A stretch of DNA of 64,000 nt from contig NC_134031.1 in assembly GCF_964204645.1 (NCBI RefSeq), positions 18,669,910 through 18,733,909 of the forward strand, read 5' to 3'. Below are positions 13,089-30,025 of the stretch, piece by piece; within the stretch, counting starts at the first letter, position 1; each line of letters begins with the position of its first letter. The notes below the pieces were generated by a model, which saw nothing but the letters and a program-made list of their open reading frames with translations, made no database searches and was not told where the DNA came from. The stretch comes from Tubulanus polymorphus (lineage: Eukaryota; Animalia; Nemertea). The translations under genes and the position numbers were made by a program.

Positions 13089-16000
13089 CTAGAATATCTC
13101 ATCTCGAGCATAACCGCGAGTCTGGCCAGCATTTTGTATACCTAAAACAGAAAAAACAACAATCAAAGCAAATACAGGAGCTAACTAATCTACATCTTTA
13201 TATCATCAGGAATCAGGATTTCATTCCACTTGAAATAAAGCTGTGGACCGAGTTCAGTGACAATTTTGTTACCTTCAGAGTTTTAGAATACTTTAGTTTG
13301 AAATATTCTAACTCTCTGAGAAGGACTAAAGCTTCCAACTAACCACCAGATAACAGTTCTATATTCATCTCATAGAGCAAAAGTATTTCTTTTCGATGAT
13401 TTCATTTTCCAGATTCAAATCGAACTCAAAACTCACTTCCTTCTCTAAGGCTTAACTAGAACCAGTATTTCTCCACGATATTTGAAACTTTGTCTCATGA
13501 AAACTAGTGTTTCGCCCGCGAACCTCAATGAATCTTACATTTACTTACTATACTGTGGATTCTGTTCATTGTCGAGTAAACCATCTCGTTCTCCGCTGCT
13601 CTGAATACTCGAATCCCGACCTTTCATTCTGTTGGCACATTTCTTTATCAACGGGTCAAATATACCGTTATATAAACCCATACCAATCACGAGGAATATG
13701 AAACCAATCACCTGCAATAACGAATACAGCCATTTAACAGTTTCCACAAATCAGTGATGTTAAAGGCTCAGCCTTTGGGAGCGTTCTAAAGTACATGCCA
13801 TATTGGGAGTAATTGCATGTACGTACATAAGAGGGGATAAGAAATTTCGTACAAAGGTGATACAGGGCAAGGGAATCAGAAAATCCAAAGATTTTGAGGT
13901 ACGTACTGCTTGAACGATTCGTTTTCAGTTTTAAGTTCTTCAGATTTCATTTCAAGGGTCAGTTGTTCAAAAAAGCTTGTTACAGTTAACCAGTGGATAA
14001 TTGATAAAGCGACAATCAAAACTGCATTATTGATATGGCACTGATGCAACTTCTAGGCCAGTGATCTTTAAGCTAACTTTTGAGCCCCAAAACAATGGTA
14101 CAAACCTGCAGCCAATAGAATTTCTGCCAGCGGAGTGAGAGAGCAACGGCCCAGATGACTAATGTACGACAGCTATCTAGCACCATACGATGAGTCGCGC
14201 TCAACTCTTTTGTCACGCTGATTCCAGCGAAATTGAAGAACGCGATACTCACTATATTACCTATATTTCAGAAAGAGAAATGAGAGATTTGAATGAAAGC
14301 CTTGACTGCAACTGAACCCAGTAACCAGTTTCATAGTAATAAAGCGTGAATCCAGCCTACCGCTGTTACTGCCTGAGCAGTACTCATCCATTTTTTAAGC
14401 ACAATTTTTCTTAGCTAAAACAACAGAGCAAATTCATTCTTGAAGAATTTCGGATCGATGTGCGGGGCAGCAAATTCAATGTCCCCACAAATGCTCAGAA
14501 TGCATCTGGAGGTGAAAGACTTCAAAAATTTTCTGGGGGGCGACCTGCTTATGGTCCAGTGTTATAATGTCTTAAAGCCGTATTCAGGATATGAGGCTGG
14601 ATCCGCCTCTGGTAGTTCTCGGTTGAAATGATTGTGGAGGATCGAAATATTGAAAATGAACTGATTTCAATTCTGAGAGTCAAACTTAAAGTTAAAGTTA
14701 AAACTGTTATTACGTAATCTACTGATCTCTTACCGCATACGGCTAAACACAACTGCCACGAGTTTCCTAACTGGATGAAAGCATCGTAAGCATTCTCCAA
14801 CCGACCTTCTGGATCTTTAGATAACGCTCCAGCCGGAATGTAATACATAGGAACCAGTAATATTGATAACGTTATAAAACCGAAGAATCCTATGAGAAGA
14901 AATTGAAAATACAGTCGACTACGCTTAATCAGGATTGTGGAAATATCGTTCGTATCGTCTATTTCATTTGGTCACAATAAATCTCATAATGAATTTAAAG
15001 ACATATTACCTCGAATTGACCGAGTAAAGCAAAGTGTTACTCGACACTTGGTACTTACCCTCCCAGCCGACAGCTTGTAGAGCTGGTACGTGGTACTTGT
15101 AGATGAACTTTTCTTCCCAAACCATTTGAAAAGATACAATAACCTGAGCCATAACGATGAGCAAATCACCTGAAAGAGAATTCAAAATCCTGAATGTTGA
15201 GCCGAACAAAAACCAAATTCCATCAAATTATTTAGTGCTGTGTTTTCTACCTGTTATGACTCCATTGGGATCTTTTTTATCAGCTTTTGAATCTGAGGCA
15301 TTTGTACCAGTGATTAAATCTGATAAACCAACTACAACTAAACCGACCATCACTAGAACTATAGCCAGCCACATCAGTGATTTGATTTTACGTCCCAGAA
15401 ACGCAACGGACAACAGAGCAGTGAAAATAATTATGGCGCCTGAAAAAGAAAATATACTTTCTCAACATGAAAAATATCAATATTTTTCCTTATAAAAAGT
15501 CCTATCTAGATTGATTGCAGTGGGGTTCCTGGTGCAGTTGCACAGTCATGAATGGTCTAAAATGCTCTTAAAGCACAAGACTGGTTGTTAGATTGGTTAT
15601 AGAACCGAAATTAGCTTAGAGACTTGTCTTGAGTAAGTTGTTAGATTGGCTATAGAACCAGTATGAGCTTAGACTGGTCTTAAGTTGTAAGATTGGTTAT
15701 AGGACCAAAGTGAGCTAGGACTGGTCTTAAGCTATTAGATTGGATAGAACCAAAATGAGTATAGTCTGATCTTAGATCTAAGCCTTGATTGTGCAACTTG
15801 GCTTAGGAAATATTAGGCCAATTGCAACAACAGAAAATCAGAATTTTTACCTCTCAACATTTGGAAGCTGGAAGCGTAAGTGAAAGTCAGACCGAGATAC
15901 ATCAGCGAAGTGCCGCACATATCACATAGAGCAGGCGGATAAAATATGAGAGGATTGAACGGTTTCGGTCGTTTCTCTTCATCTTCCTCGTCGTCGATTA

Positions 16001-16797
16001 TCTCTTCTCGTTCTTCTCGACGTTTCTTACAATATCGAATCAGTAGAAACACGAATAAACAACTGACTTCACCGAGAAACATTCCGCACGCCTGAAACAA
16101 CAACAACAACAATCATAAAACTATACTTCAAAATTTGTGCTTTTTTCATCTCAATTCCAAATTTCAACTACAGAATGATGATGACGATATAATTACAGAA
16201 ATTTGTAATAAAGAAAATATTGAATTGCGTCTAAACAGGCCTACCTGAAAGAATGGATGATTGAAAGCTCTCAAGGTACCGTCATATCCAACTGATTTTA
16301 GTTTATCGGCCCATCTGAAAGTGAAAGTAAATTTTGGGTGAATTACAAAAAGCACTTAGGAGAATAATACCTGTGAATATCTAAGATCCTCTCTTGTCCT
16401 GGCGCAAAACTTACCACTACAGGGCCCTGATAAATTTAAGTTGATCCCAGTACCTAAGCGGCTAGGAAGCCCATCATAGCCCGGGCCTGGATTTCATCCC
16501 AGTAAAAACACATCATTCAGACTACAATACTGATATCATGGTTCCCAACAATTGCCATTGCCATCAGCACTTTACTTTGCGCTTCCCACCCCAACCCAAC
16601 CTATACAACTATAGCTAGACCCTAATGGACTTAAATTAAGCCATTTCTTGCTGGCTGAAAGCCTTAATTCTAACCAGACAGTTGAAAGAATTAGTTGGGT
16701 ATTTAGTATATAGTACTCACTTTGTTGATAGTGTGTTTATTGAACCGGTTACGAGCATCAGGAACGCGAACATCAGCTGTTTCGTTGTCCAAGCCAT
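13089..16797 (-). CDS. SLC35F6: Solute carrier family 35 member F6 (TANGO9 homolog), 9 coding exons
   Basis: Exons 16721-16797, 16245-16314, 15851-16091, 15251-15439, 15059-15169, 14734-14889, 14106-14260, 13549-13711, 13089-13141. Reads MAWTTKQLMFAFLMLVTGSINTLSTKWAD...HPFFQACGMFLGE...PPALCDMCGTSLMYLGL...ASSFQMLRG...SIAFFNFAGISVTKELSATHRMVLDS. The last small exon is less certain. Confidence 0.93.
15531..15802. mobile_element. MITE family with cagttgcacagtc termini and internal gtcttaagttgttagattggctatag repeats; related copies at ~25602-25752, ~54660-54820, ~55405-55577
   Basis: Inverted ends ggtgcagttgcacagtc / gattgtgcaacttgg; the same motifs recur at the listed positions. Confidence 0.6.
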
Positions 16798-16800
16798 TTT

Positions 16801-17290
16801 CTAAAAGCAAACTGGAATTGAATACTACACAGTCAGGTGTTGCAATCGTTTTGAATTTGAAGTGATTCGTTAAATCAGTAAATCACGAAGAATGGTAGGT
16901 CTAATTTGAGCACCACGAGGACTCTAGAGTCAGGTGATTGACTGTCAATTTTGTAACTGGGTCATCTCATAACAACTGTAGTTCCAGTTATCGTCACTGC
17001 ATTCAGAATATCAATTTCCGGGTTTTCCTGGTTTTCCCTACGAAAGAAAAACGCTTCCGGGTTTACCCCGCCATCTAGCGGGAATTCCTAACAGGGGGTT
17101 TACAAATTAATTACTACGAAAATTAAAACGAGTAGTAATTTTCGATTAAAAACGAGTTTTTTCTTCATTTAACAATCGGTTTGTAACACACGAAATCTGC
17201 AAAAAAATTTCAGGGATAATATTTAAACTTTTTAACTTATATTCCTGAATCTATCTAAGCTGCAGATGCAGTCACCCCAGAATTAACAAC
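16801..17290. promoter_or_regulatory. Bidirectional promoter between SLC35F6 and SEC62
   Basis: Divergent ATGs only ~490 bp apart. ETS-like ttccgg motifs (~17017, ~17056) and YY1-like cgccatct (~17070). The acceptor at 16801 implies an SLC35F6 5'-UTR exon inside this interval. Confidence 0.6.
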
Positions 17291-20200
17291 ATGGCAGAAA
17301 AACGACGAAGTGGTAAAAAATCTCGGCGAGATGAGGTAAATTACTCTCGATTCTAAACGATTTCTGCCCTAAAAACTGTACTGCGATAAATATAACAGAT
17401 CTATGAAGATTTTAGCGTAATTTAATTTCGCTGAAGTGACGTGGACAACTGTGAATCGGGCTCCATATTTTAGAATTTAATTTGAATTGATTCCGACTTG
17501 TCTATTCCACGTTGATATTTGATATCAAATGTTGATAATTTTAAAGACTGTTCAGTTAAAGACTGAAGTGGCCAGAAATACTAGAATTTCACCGCAAATT
17601 AGACAAAACTTACGTGTCTGGTTGTTATCTTATAAGGCCCAGCACCACAAAGGCTTTGTCAAAGTAGCTTTACTTAGTCTAAAAGCTGCTTTTTAATTTT
17701 AATTTAGTGCAGATCTGATTACCCTCACATCGTTTCAGCGAGAAATTGTAACCTGCCTGCATTAGAATAAAACAAAATCCAATATGGGGTTTGATTGAAA
17801 AATTGTGACGATTGAAAAATTGTGACGATCTCGAGATAAAAACTGGGCTAAAAATGAAGTATCGTCAAATAAATATCACGGCATTGGATTCATGGAGACA
17901 TTCTGAGTCTGGATTGTGTCAATCATTTTTAAGATGTGTGGTTCCGGACTTTTACCTTTTGAAAACTGGTTTTCCTGCCTGATTCGTGATGTCGTTGATT
18001 TCTTATTGATTTCAGGACGATGAGAAGCCGTCTAAAGAAGAATACGCCGTAGCTAAATATGTGCGCTTTAACTGTCCGGTTAAAGAATCGAAATTCATGG
18101 GCATGCCTGTCAAATCATTCATCGGTAGGAATCATAAAGATCTAAGCTAAAAAACGAAAAACATATCATTTTATTGTTCAATTCTTCGATGTTTTTATGT
18201 TTTTTTTTCTTTTTTTTTAGCGTCAGAAGCCGTGAATTTATTGCTGGATTCGAGATGGGCGACGAAAGGGAAATCGGACGCTATATTTACAAACAGACAA
18301 TCAGTGGTTCATTACATGGACAGGTATTTAAACATCTCACCCTGACCCCTCAACTCCCCTCCCTGACCCCTCACCTCGTTCCTCACTCCCTTCTTCGCCC
18401 CTCCAGTCACCCTATAGATACTGTACTTATTTACAGTCAGCAGTTGATTACGTGGACAGGTATTTAAACATCTCACCCTGACCCCTCAACTCCCCTCCCT
18501 GACCCCTCACCTCGTTCCTCACTCCCTTCTTCGCCCCTCCAGTCACCCTATAGATACTATACTTATTTACAGTCAGCAGTTCATTACGTGGACAGGTATT
18601 TAAACATCTCACCCTGACCCCTCTACTCCCCTCTCTGACCCCTCACCTCGTTCCTCACTCCCTTCTTCGCCCCTCCAGTCACCCTATAGATACTATACTT
18701 ATTTACAGTCAGCAGTTCATTACGTGGACAGGTATTTAAACATCTCACCCTGACCCCTCAACTCCCCTCCCTGACCCCTCACCTCGTTCCTCACTCCCTT
18801 CTTCGCCCCTCCAGTCACCCTATAGATACTGTACTTATTTACAGTCAGCAGTTCATTACGTGGACAGGTATTTAAACATCTCATCCTGACCCCTCACCTC
18901 TCCTCCCTGCAACGCATCTCACCCCCTTCCCTGACTCCCTCCACCTCTCCTCACTCCCTTCTTCACCCCTCCATCCTACAGAAACTTTAGATTTCCTAAT
19001 AACCGGTTGATAACTTCTCTGATGGTTTCTAAAACGAAGAATTTCATTTGAATGAAAGATGTCGTTTGATTTTGTTTTTCAGATTACTGATGAAAAGATT
19101 GTTTCATCGGGCCATCCGATCGGAGAAAAAGAAGAAGAAATTGAAAGATGAAGATGATGCAAATGGTGAAGATGAAAAGGTAAGTAATTTTTAGAGGAAA
19201 AATTTATCTTGAGAAAAAGATCGGAATTTCAATCTGAAATGACTGCATCGAAATTGTTACCGGATTCATTTGGTTTTAGGAGAAAAAATTGCGAAAGAGA
19301 GGAAAAAAAGAGAAAGACACAGAAACTGAGGCGAAAGACAGTGAGAAAAAAGAGAAAGATTCCGAGAAAAAGGTAAAGAATAACAGTAAACGCCAACTTA
19401 TTTCAGAGATCAAATTTGCTCAATTTTACTCCAATTCGATCGAAATACCATTCTTTATAACCCTAAATTCGATTTATTATTCGTTATACAAATGTATATG
19501 TTTTCCATTTGGTCCCAACAATGACCCATCGGTTCTGCTGCTGCTGCCGTCGCCGTAGCTGCTGTTCTGAGTTCAAACTTTGAACTGTTCTAAATTTCAG
19601 GATGAGAAGAAGAAAAAGGAGAAAAAGATGAAACTGAAGATGACAGATGATCAGGCATTTTACGACGGTGATGAAATTTATGTTTGGGTTTACGACCCGG
19701 TTCCGCTTAAGACGTTCCTTATCGGTTTGTTATTGGGTGAGTGTTGACATTTTAAAGATGAAATCTCGGATCGAGAACTGATAATGTGTTTATATTATAA
19801 TCATATCTCTTTCAGTACTCGGTTCGATTGCGGTTTGTTTATTTCCGCTATGGCCGCCTGAAGTTCGTCAAGGTGTCTACTATCTGTCTCTTTCCGCTAT
19901 CGGCTTCATTGGAATCTTCCTATTACTTGTTGTTGGTAAGTACTGCCAGGGTTCACGATATCACTATCGACTATGGGGGGGAATACAGTATCCAGTTCTT
20001 CAGGAGTTCAGACATTTAATGAAAATGAACGATGACTCTAACTGAGGAACTATACACAGTAAAAGTCACTGTTGGGAAACATGGCGTTACATATGACTCC
20101 TCAGTTAGAGTCATAGTTCATTATCATAAATTTGGAGTTATAAAGAGTAGTATTTTCATTGAATTTGAGTTAAGACTAGGTAAGTTTGACCTCTATGAAA

Positions 20201-21422
20201 AATGTTGGCAGTAAAACAAGCGAGCAGTGGCATTAAAAAAAAATGACGTTACGACAGAATTGGACCGTAACTGACAACTGTGGAACCAGGTGTTGCTAGT
20301 GGTTACTCAGCGTCTCCTTCATTCAATTTCTTCTACATTTCCGTCTAAATCAAATAAACTTTCCTCAATTACAGGGTCCCTACAACTCCTTGAAAACTCC
20401 TTGATTTTTGAATATATTTTTCAAGGTCCTTGAAAATCCTTTAATTTTGAGAAATATCCATAAACTCCTTGAAACTCCTTAAATTCTGGGAAAGTCCTAT
20501 TAAAAATTTTCAAAAGGTCCTTTTCAGAAGACAGTGTATTCTATTATTCTTCATTGTGTGACTTGTGAGTGAAAGTTGTTTCACTTTGAGATTTAAAACA
20601 TTTAAACATGTAAAACCAAAACGGCACACACAACAACTGATCAAAATTTGAGAAAAACATGGATTTTGTTTTTGAATTTTCGACTTTTTTCCCTTGTATA
20701 TGACCGCGAAAACCTCCTTGAATTTTGAAAATTACTCCTTGAAAAGTCCTTGAATTCTGGATACTAGGAATTGTAGGAACCTTGAATTAGTATTAATCAA
20801 AAATTAATGAAAACTTTACCAAACGCTGAGTAGAAACAAAGATTTCAATAATGATAATGTATGGTTTCGGAGGCCTAAAAATTCAGTTCAAAGCGGATGA
20901 ATGATGAAATGAAATTGTACGCAAGACTGAGTGGTCGTCACGCCATCTGGTGGGATAGCTGGTGTTTAATATCGAACGTTGTTTGTTGTTATTTCAGTGA
21001 GGTTTATTGTATTCTGTTGTGTGTGGCTCGCGACGCTCGGTAAACATCATTTCTGGTTCTTACCGAATCTGACGGAGGACGTCGGATTCGTCGATTCGTT
21101 CCGACCGCTTTATACGCACGAGATGAAACCGGCCGTGAAACCGGCGGATGAATCGACGAAGAATGAACCGACGGAATCGGGCGAGGCGAACAACGATAAA
21201 AACGAAGATTTACCCGAGAAAAAAATGTCGGAAAAAACGAAGAAAAATAAAAAATCGTCATCGGCGAAAATGGCGGAAGACGACGACGAGGCGAACGAAG
21301 AGGCGGCCGGGAAAGATAAGGAAAGCGATAAGGAAGACGGGTCGACCGGTTCGGAGGATTACGAGATGGTCGAGAAATCGGATGTAACCGAGGACACGGA
21401 CGATCCGGAACCATCGACATAA
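17291..21422 (+). CDS. SEC62: Translocation protein SEC62, 8 coding exons
   Basis: Exons 17291-17335, 18016-18124, 18221-18323, 19083-19179, 19280-19372, 19601-19736, 19816-19935, 20998-21422. Reads MAEKRR...KPSKEEYAVAKYVRFNCP...LLDSRWA...IYVWVYDP...CLFPLWP...HHFWFLPNLTEDVGFVDSFRPLY...DYEMV. Confidence 0.95.
18298..18900 (+). repeat. 136-bp tandem repeat (~4.4 copies) spanning the SEC62 exon 3 donor and intron 3
   Basis: gacag|gtatttaaacatctca recurs at 18321, 18457, 18593, 18729 and 18865. Confidence 0.95.
20372..20784. mobile_element. Non-autonomous DNA transposon in SEC62 intron 7
   Basis: Ends cagggtccctaca / tgtaggaaccttg, multiple subterminal tccttgaa repeats, 5-bp flanking direct repeat aatta. 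Confidence 0.6.
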
Positions 21423-23565
21423 AATCAATAGAAATTATCATCATTAATATATATATATATATAATGTATATTGTGTATGGAAATTTAGATCTTATATTTG
21501 AAAAAATTATCATTTGATTGAATATCAATAATTAATTGATTGATTTGATTTGATTGGTTTGATTGGTTGGTCACACAGCAGGTGCTCAGGTTCACGTTGT
21601 TTCATCCTTGTTTGTAAAAATCGTTGACTGTTTCGCTTGAATGTCAGGAACATCCTGGTTTACTGTCCCCTGATTATCAGGAGCAGTCTCTGAATATGGT
21701 TTATTGTCCCCTGATCTGGGGGGAGCACATCGGAATAAGGATTAGATTATTCATGGACATATGAACTAGATATAGTCTAAAACATCCATGGAATAATGTA
21801 CCAGTAGTCTGGTATTGTATGTAAGATATAGAGAGGCTGTTAAATTAATGCATATATACGGTTATAGCTTTATATTGGCATCAAAGTATTTGCATTTATA
21901 TACATCTGTATATCATCTATAAACAGTAGTTCGCAGTCGTATTTTCATAGACGGTGATTTTTTGTCTTGTATCGTGGTGAAAAACAGATTTGCAGCTGTT
22001 GAAATATGAAAGCTGTTGTTTGTAGGGTTATTCAATACGTAGGTCGAACCAGAGGAACCTGGTTTACAGTTCTGGGTTGAGACTTAACTGATTGAAACGT
22101 GTAAGTTCTTTGAACTCATTTGAAGTCTGAGTTAACTCTTAACTCACTACTGCGAAACTTAGTTCAATACTCAGCAGTTCTGTAATAAGCACCAGAACTA
22201 AACAAAATATGTGTAAAATGCAGACTTGAACCCGGTATAAATTCATATTCCAGTTTGTTGTGTTGATGCTGTGTCAAACCAGTCTCTCAAAAAAACTGTT
22301 TCATGCTATATACGTAATTATTAATGTACAATGAATTATATTTTAAATATTAATTAGATTCCAGATTTAGTTTGGCTGTGAATTCATGCGGAACTGGATC
22401 CAGTTCCGCTGTCGATCATTTTTGCGTAACTGAATCGTAGAGTTCCAACAAAAGATTGAATTTATGACACTGCAAAATGAAATTGAATCCTATCACTGCT
22501 TGGAACTCGTGCTGCGTTATAGAATCGATGTCTATTTTGTTAAGTTTGTTCAGGGGTAGGAGACGTGGTTTTATTCACGTTAACCCCCTCCCCTCTAAGT
22601 ATAATGATTGTAAAATAATCAAAAACAGTAAACAAGTTAGTGATAAGATTTACTCTATAGAATGTTCAATTTTTGAGAATTTTCCATTTATAAGGTGAAG
22701 GTTTTTAAATCAGATTGGTTGCGATGAAGGTCTCAGATGGACCCAGACCATGGTTATAGAGTGCCCAGCTGTTACTGCGGTATATAGCCTAGGACCCAGT
22801 TGACGTGATTTAATCCCAGGTTCAAGTTCGACAGTTGTAGGAGATAACTCTCGAGTTAAAATTAGTCCATTTTCAAAGAGTTAACTCTTGAGGTTACACC
22901 CTAACTCAAAACTGTGGAACTCGTTCCCGGTTAAAACATGAAACATTTCTAAGATTTAATTGTGGCGTGATTGATGCGGTCCTATTTTCAAAGACTCTTC
23001 AATTGCTTGAATATCGGTGATTTGTGCAATATTATTCCAATTCACAGTTTCGACTTTATTTTACTATCATTTTCCTTCATCAGTGAAGTTTAGTGCTGTT
23101 TGCCAGTGTGTCAAATATTTAAAGGGTTTCAACATGGTTGAATACGTAGTGTAGTAGGCCCATGATATGATTGTCATACCGGTCATACATGTACATGTAC
23201 TTGCTTTGTGTTGTACATTTTATTTCATTTTCGGACCAAATAAAAAACTGAAACACACACACCAAAAATTCTGGCGTGATTTTTTTATTTTATTTGCTAG
23301 AGCCTTCCGACCAGATACAGAAGACTCCTTATGGAAATTGATTGACGTAAGCGATTTGTGTAAGAATTAAACAATGGAATTTAATTAACATTCGGTTTCT
23401 TATCATGGTAAAGCATAAGTAAGCGCTTTTCAGCACGTTTAGTGCAGAAAAATGAATATTCCTTTTGAACTCTTTGCACATACCTTGGATCTCGCGTGAC
23501 CAATATATTTCACTAATGTCATTCATGCACTTAGACAAGTTCAATGTGTGCTTGGCTCTACATTA

Positions 23566-23785
23566 GGCTAAAAAAAATTGATACCTTGTTTCTCCGCTCT
23601 GCTGAGCTTAAATGTTGACCCGGCCGGTCGCCTATCTACCCTATACATTACTTTTTTTAAAATCATGATCAATTTTACCATAACAGACCCGGCCGCTATA
23701 GAAATGAACTGTTTATAAATTTTATCATATTATACAAAAATGACCCGGCCGCTGCGGAGAAACAAGGTATCATTTGTGTTTAGCC
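23566..23785. mobile_element. PIF/Harbinger (Tourist-like) MITE
   Basis: TIRs ggctaaaaaaaattgataccttgtttctccgc / gcggagaaacaaggtatcatttgtgtttagcc, with TTA on both sides. Confidence 0.75.
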
Positions 23786-25395
23786 TTATTAGTTTCATTG
23801 TAATACCATAGTCTCAAAGTTGCCAACTGCTCAGATCCCCGACGAGACTTGCTCCACTACGAGTTCATTAACTAACCACGTCATAAAACTAATCAACTTT
23901 AGATTTGCCTCTAACGATAGATTTATTTTTATGTAATTTTTTGTACAATACAATCACCAACAAGATCATTTACAGCGAAAATACGACCAGGGAACCACCC
24001 AATCAACTGCTCAAAGTACTAATTTGTATTAATACAAGCTGTCCTTGTTACATACCACTTATCATCTTAAAGTCAATAACATCAATACATTGTCTTAAAG
24101 TTACGACTCATATGACCTTCACCTTCGGTTCCCTGTCGATATTTAAGAAGTAGATGACGATTTAACATTAAATACTCCGTAATAATAATAAATATAATAC
24201 AATTAATAATCGCGGTCAGTCGAAACTTAAATCTATTACTTATAAACCATAAAAAACACGGAAAAGATCCTCGCGCGCCACATGAAATACCAAAAATATA
24301 CAATATATAAACTTGGTACATCTACAGCGCAGTAGGCCTATGTGTGCACGTTCAGCTTTTAAGGTACTTTACACCAAGCAAAAATTAAAATTTTACATTT
24401 ATTCAAATAAGATTCATTTATACAAATGGGGATCATTCATTTACTAAATAAATAAATAAATGACCCCCTGTGGGCTATGTTTGACTCTGGGACACAGTAC
24501 CAGGACCCAGAGTTCTCAAGTTAGCGGTAAGATTTGAAAATTGAAAGCTTTTAACATGAGCCAATCACTACTGTGGAACTGATCCAGGGTCTATTATTCA
24601 GATGAATTTCGTCTACAAGTCAAAATATAAAACCCAGAACCGCGAAATGGGCTTTTCACACAATACACCATAATTTGTTAGCAAGATACATAAACGATTC
24701 GAATATGTAAGATCTATAAATAGCTAAACGGAATCTACAACAGAAATATCTATATACAGTGTCAAGAATATAAGCCGATCACATTTTATTTCTGTACTCT
24801 TAGTGAGTAATGATGTCGTAATGTTGAATAGATTAGAAATCATGTAGGCGTAAAAACATTTGACTGGGATTAGATTCGATATGCAGCCCCCAGTTCTATA
24901 GTCCTTATATTCCTTCCAAATGAACAAAACTTTTTGCTGATCACATTTTGAGAATGCGCACACGATTTCACTGCGAATTTAATGAATTTCAACGTAAATG
25001 TTGGCTGTATATTGCAACGAACCTCGAAAGGAAATACTACTAGAATACGTGCAAGTATTTCCGTTTGCTCTTAAACAATATTTACACTGAAGATTTCGTA
25101 CTAACAAATGTACCAGGCATACAAACACATACATCACTCCCTACATAGGAAAAGTGAGAGAAGCATTCTTAATCATTACACTATTAAGAAAATTCAGTCA
25201 AACGTTTCATTAATGAAAAACCAACTGAAAAACATTATTTTGTTTTTTTTTCACACTTAATAGCCAGAGTTTTAACCAACTCTACATTGAAAATAGAAAC
25301 ATCGAAAAACGGAAAGACAAATGTTCGTAATTATGTTTTCTTTCGGTTGTAAATAATAGTGAATCAGGGAATCTGGAGACTTTTTGTAGTTGTTC

Positions 25396-26822
<1,427 letters not shown>

Positions 26823-27070
26823 TCAGAACCAGGAAATGAAAATGGCTTCTATTTGTTTATTTACACACAACCTGCTCACAATACGCGTCCGCTGTCTAAA
26901 GAGAACTTAATTATATTCGAATCTTGATCGCAAATCAAGCTTTTTCTTGTAAAGTTTAATATAATTTTAGTAGTTTTCCGTGGTTACTGAGGACTCGATA
27001 GTCAAATCAATAAATTTCGAATGAAATAAGGTAAGTTAGTGGTAATGTATTTATACGCAAGGACGCTTTA

Positions 27071-27167
27071 TCATGTGACAATAACATTGCAAGTGATGAC
27101 GTCATATCAAGGACTCACTTGCCAGAGGATAGATAGAGGACAGCGGTGTACGGCTAGCACTCACGTG
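27071..27167. promoter_or_regulatory. Cluster of M-box/CLEAR-like, CRE and E-box motifs upstream of GABARAP
   Basis: tcatgtgac (27071), palindromic atgacgtcat (27096) and tcacgtg (27161), ~300-400 bp upstream of the ATG. Confidence 0.45.
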
Positions 27168-28638
27168 CCAGAGTCACACTCAAATTCGGGCATTACCAAC
27201 ACTGCTGAAATCCGGTCCGGGTTGTTTCTTGATGTAATTTGTAATATACGAAATTTAAGTGACAGGCGCCATCGTTACAACCATTGATTATTTCACCATA
27301 AATATGCTTTTTAAGCGCGCAACTTTATCGTATCGTATCGTATCGTATCGTATCGGTTACAACCAACGGGAGGCATTATATTATGCCTATTTCTAGGTTG
27401 TCTTTCTATTTATCGTCAGGTTTGTAAGATTTTTCACTGGATTTGTTGTGCCGGGTGGCCCGCCGGTGGAGGAAAACCCGCCCGTGTGTAATATGGGGGC
27501 GTAATATGGAGATAAGTAGTCAGTAACCTGTCTGTGGTTTAGTTTCACGATCGGATATTTTCACAAACCACAGTTGGTATAAGCCCATCCGATTATAAAA
27601 AGCTTACCATCAATGATTAGGTAACTAACTCGGAGATAAGAGTTTTGATACTGGTTCTTTATTTATCCATACAGCCTCATGTGGCTAAACGTAAAATGAA
27701 TAGAGAAATACTTCGTGTTAGACGCGTCGCTTGCCGGCGATAGGTTTTGAAATTTTTGCGAGCTAGTTCTTTGTCGAGCAATTCTATTTTGAAGTCTTTT
27801 CGAATCATATCAAGCCGTTTATTGCTGACGTCATCTCGCCTCGTTTTTCATCTCTTGAAGACGCCGGTATGAAGGCTTTTTGCGATCCTTCAATACAGTG
27901 TAGAAAATAACGATGTTTTAGTTCAACTGCCAGTCCATTCTGGTCGTACTAAGACTTTTATCAGCTATGTGCCAACAAGACTGACTGAGCTACGAAGGCC
28001 ACCTGATGACCTCCCAGAGTTAAGCGTTTAAATAGACATCCACGGTGTAGGGCACCAAAGTCCGGGGGCTTAGACAAAATCAGATACTATGTAGTTATCG
28101 TGGTCTACGACGGAAATGATGTACGTAATATTAGTGTAATTGTATATATTGATTTATATAATTATTCATTTACAAGATAAAGCATATATATTTTAGACAG
28201 ATAGTTGGAATATGTGAATCAGTTAGTCGCTGTTTAACAAAACTAATTGTTCTAACTCGTCTTTCGGGGAAGCTCCAGCTACGATTAAATCCTGAGTTAT
28301 GCAACAATGAGAAAGCTAGTAGTTTTCAGCACTAAACGTAGACGATTTTATTCTTTAGATTCTCAATCGAGTAGCTTGGGAATTTGCCTGAAAGATGTAT
28401 CAGGCTCCAAGACTCGTCTCAAACTCAACTGCTGTTCATGGATTTACATTCTATTTATATAATACTATAAAAGTTGACAGACATGTTTGAGCACACAATT
28501 AATTACAAAACAAACTGTTATCACAGGTGTCGAATTGACAGATGTCTAACTGATTGTGTGAGTAATAATTAATTAATGGTGAATTAAAACAACAGCGCGA
28601 TTAAAAGTATACATGTCTATTATTTTTGCTAAAGCTGT

Positions 28639-30025
<1,387 letters not shown>

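Noticed and set aside
21004-21528. 174-aa - strand ORF and Arg-rich + ORF 21148-21387
   Set aside because: Antisense or alternative-frame shadows of the last SEC62 exon.
26900-27700. Possible spliced + strand transcript divergent from GABARAP (AAG|GTAAGT at 27030, acceptor-like sites at ~27396 and ~27673)
   Set aside because: No ORF, and splice-like motifs alone are insufficient without RNA data.
28003-28030. ctgatga motif as another hammerhead
   Set aside because: No stem II followed by GAAA downstream.
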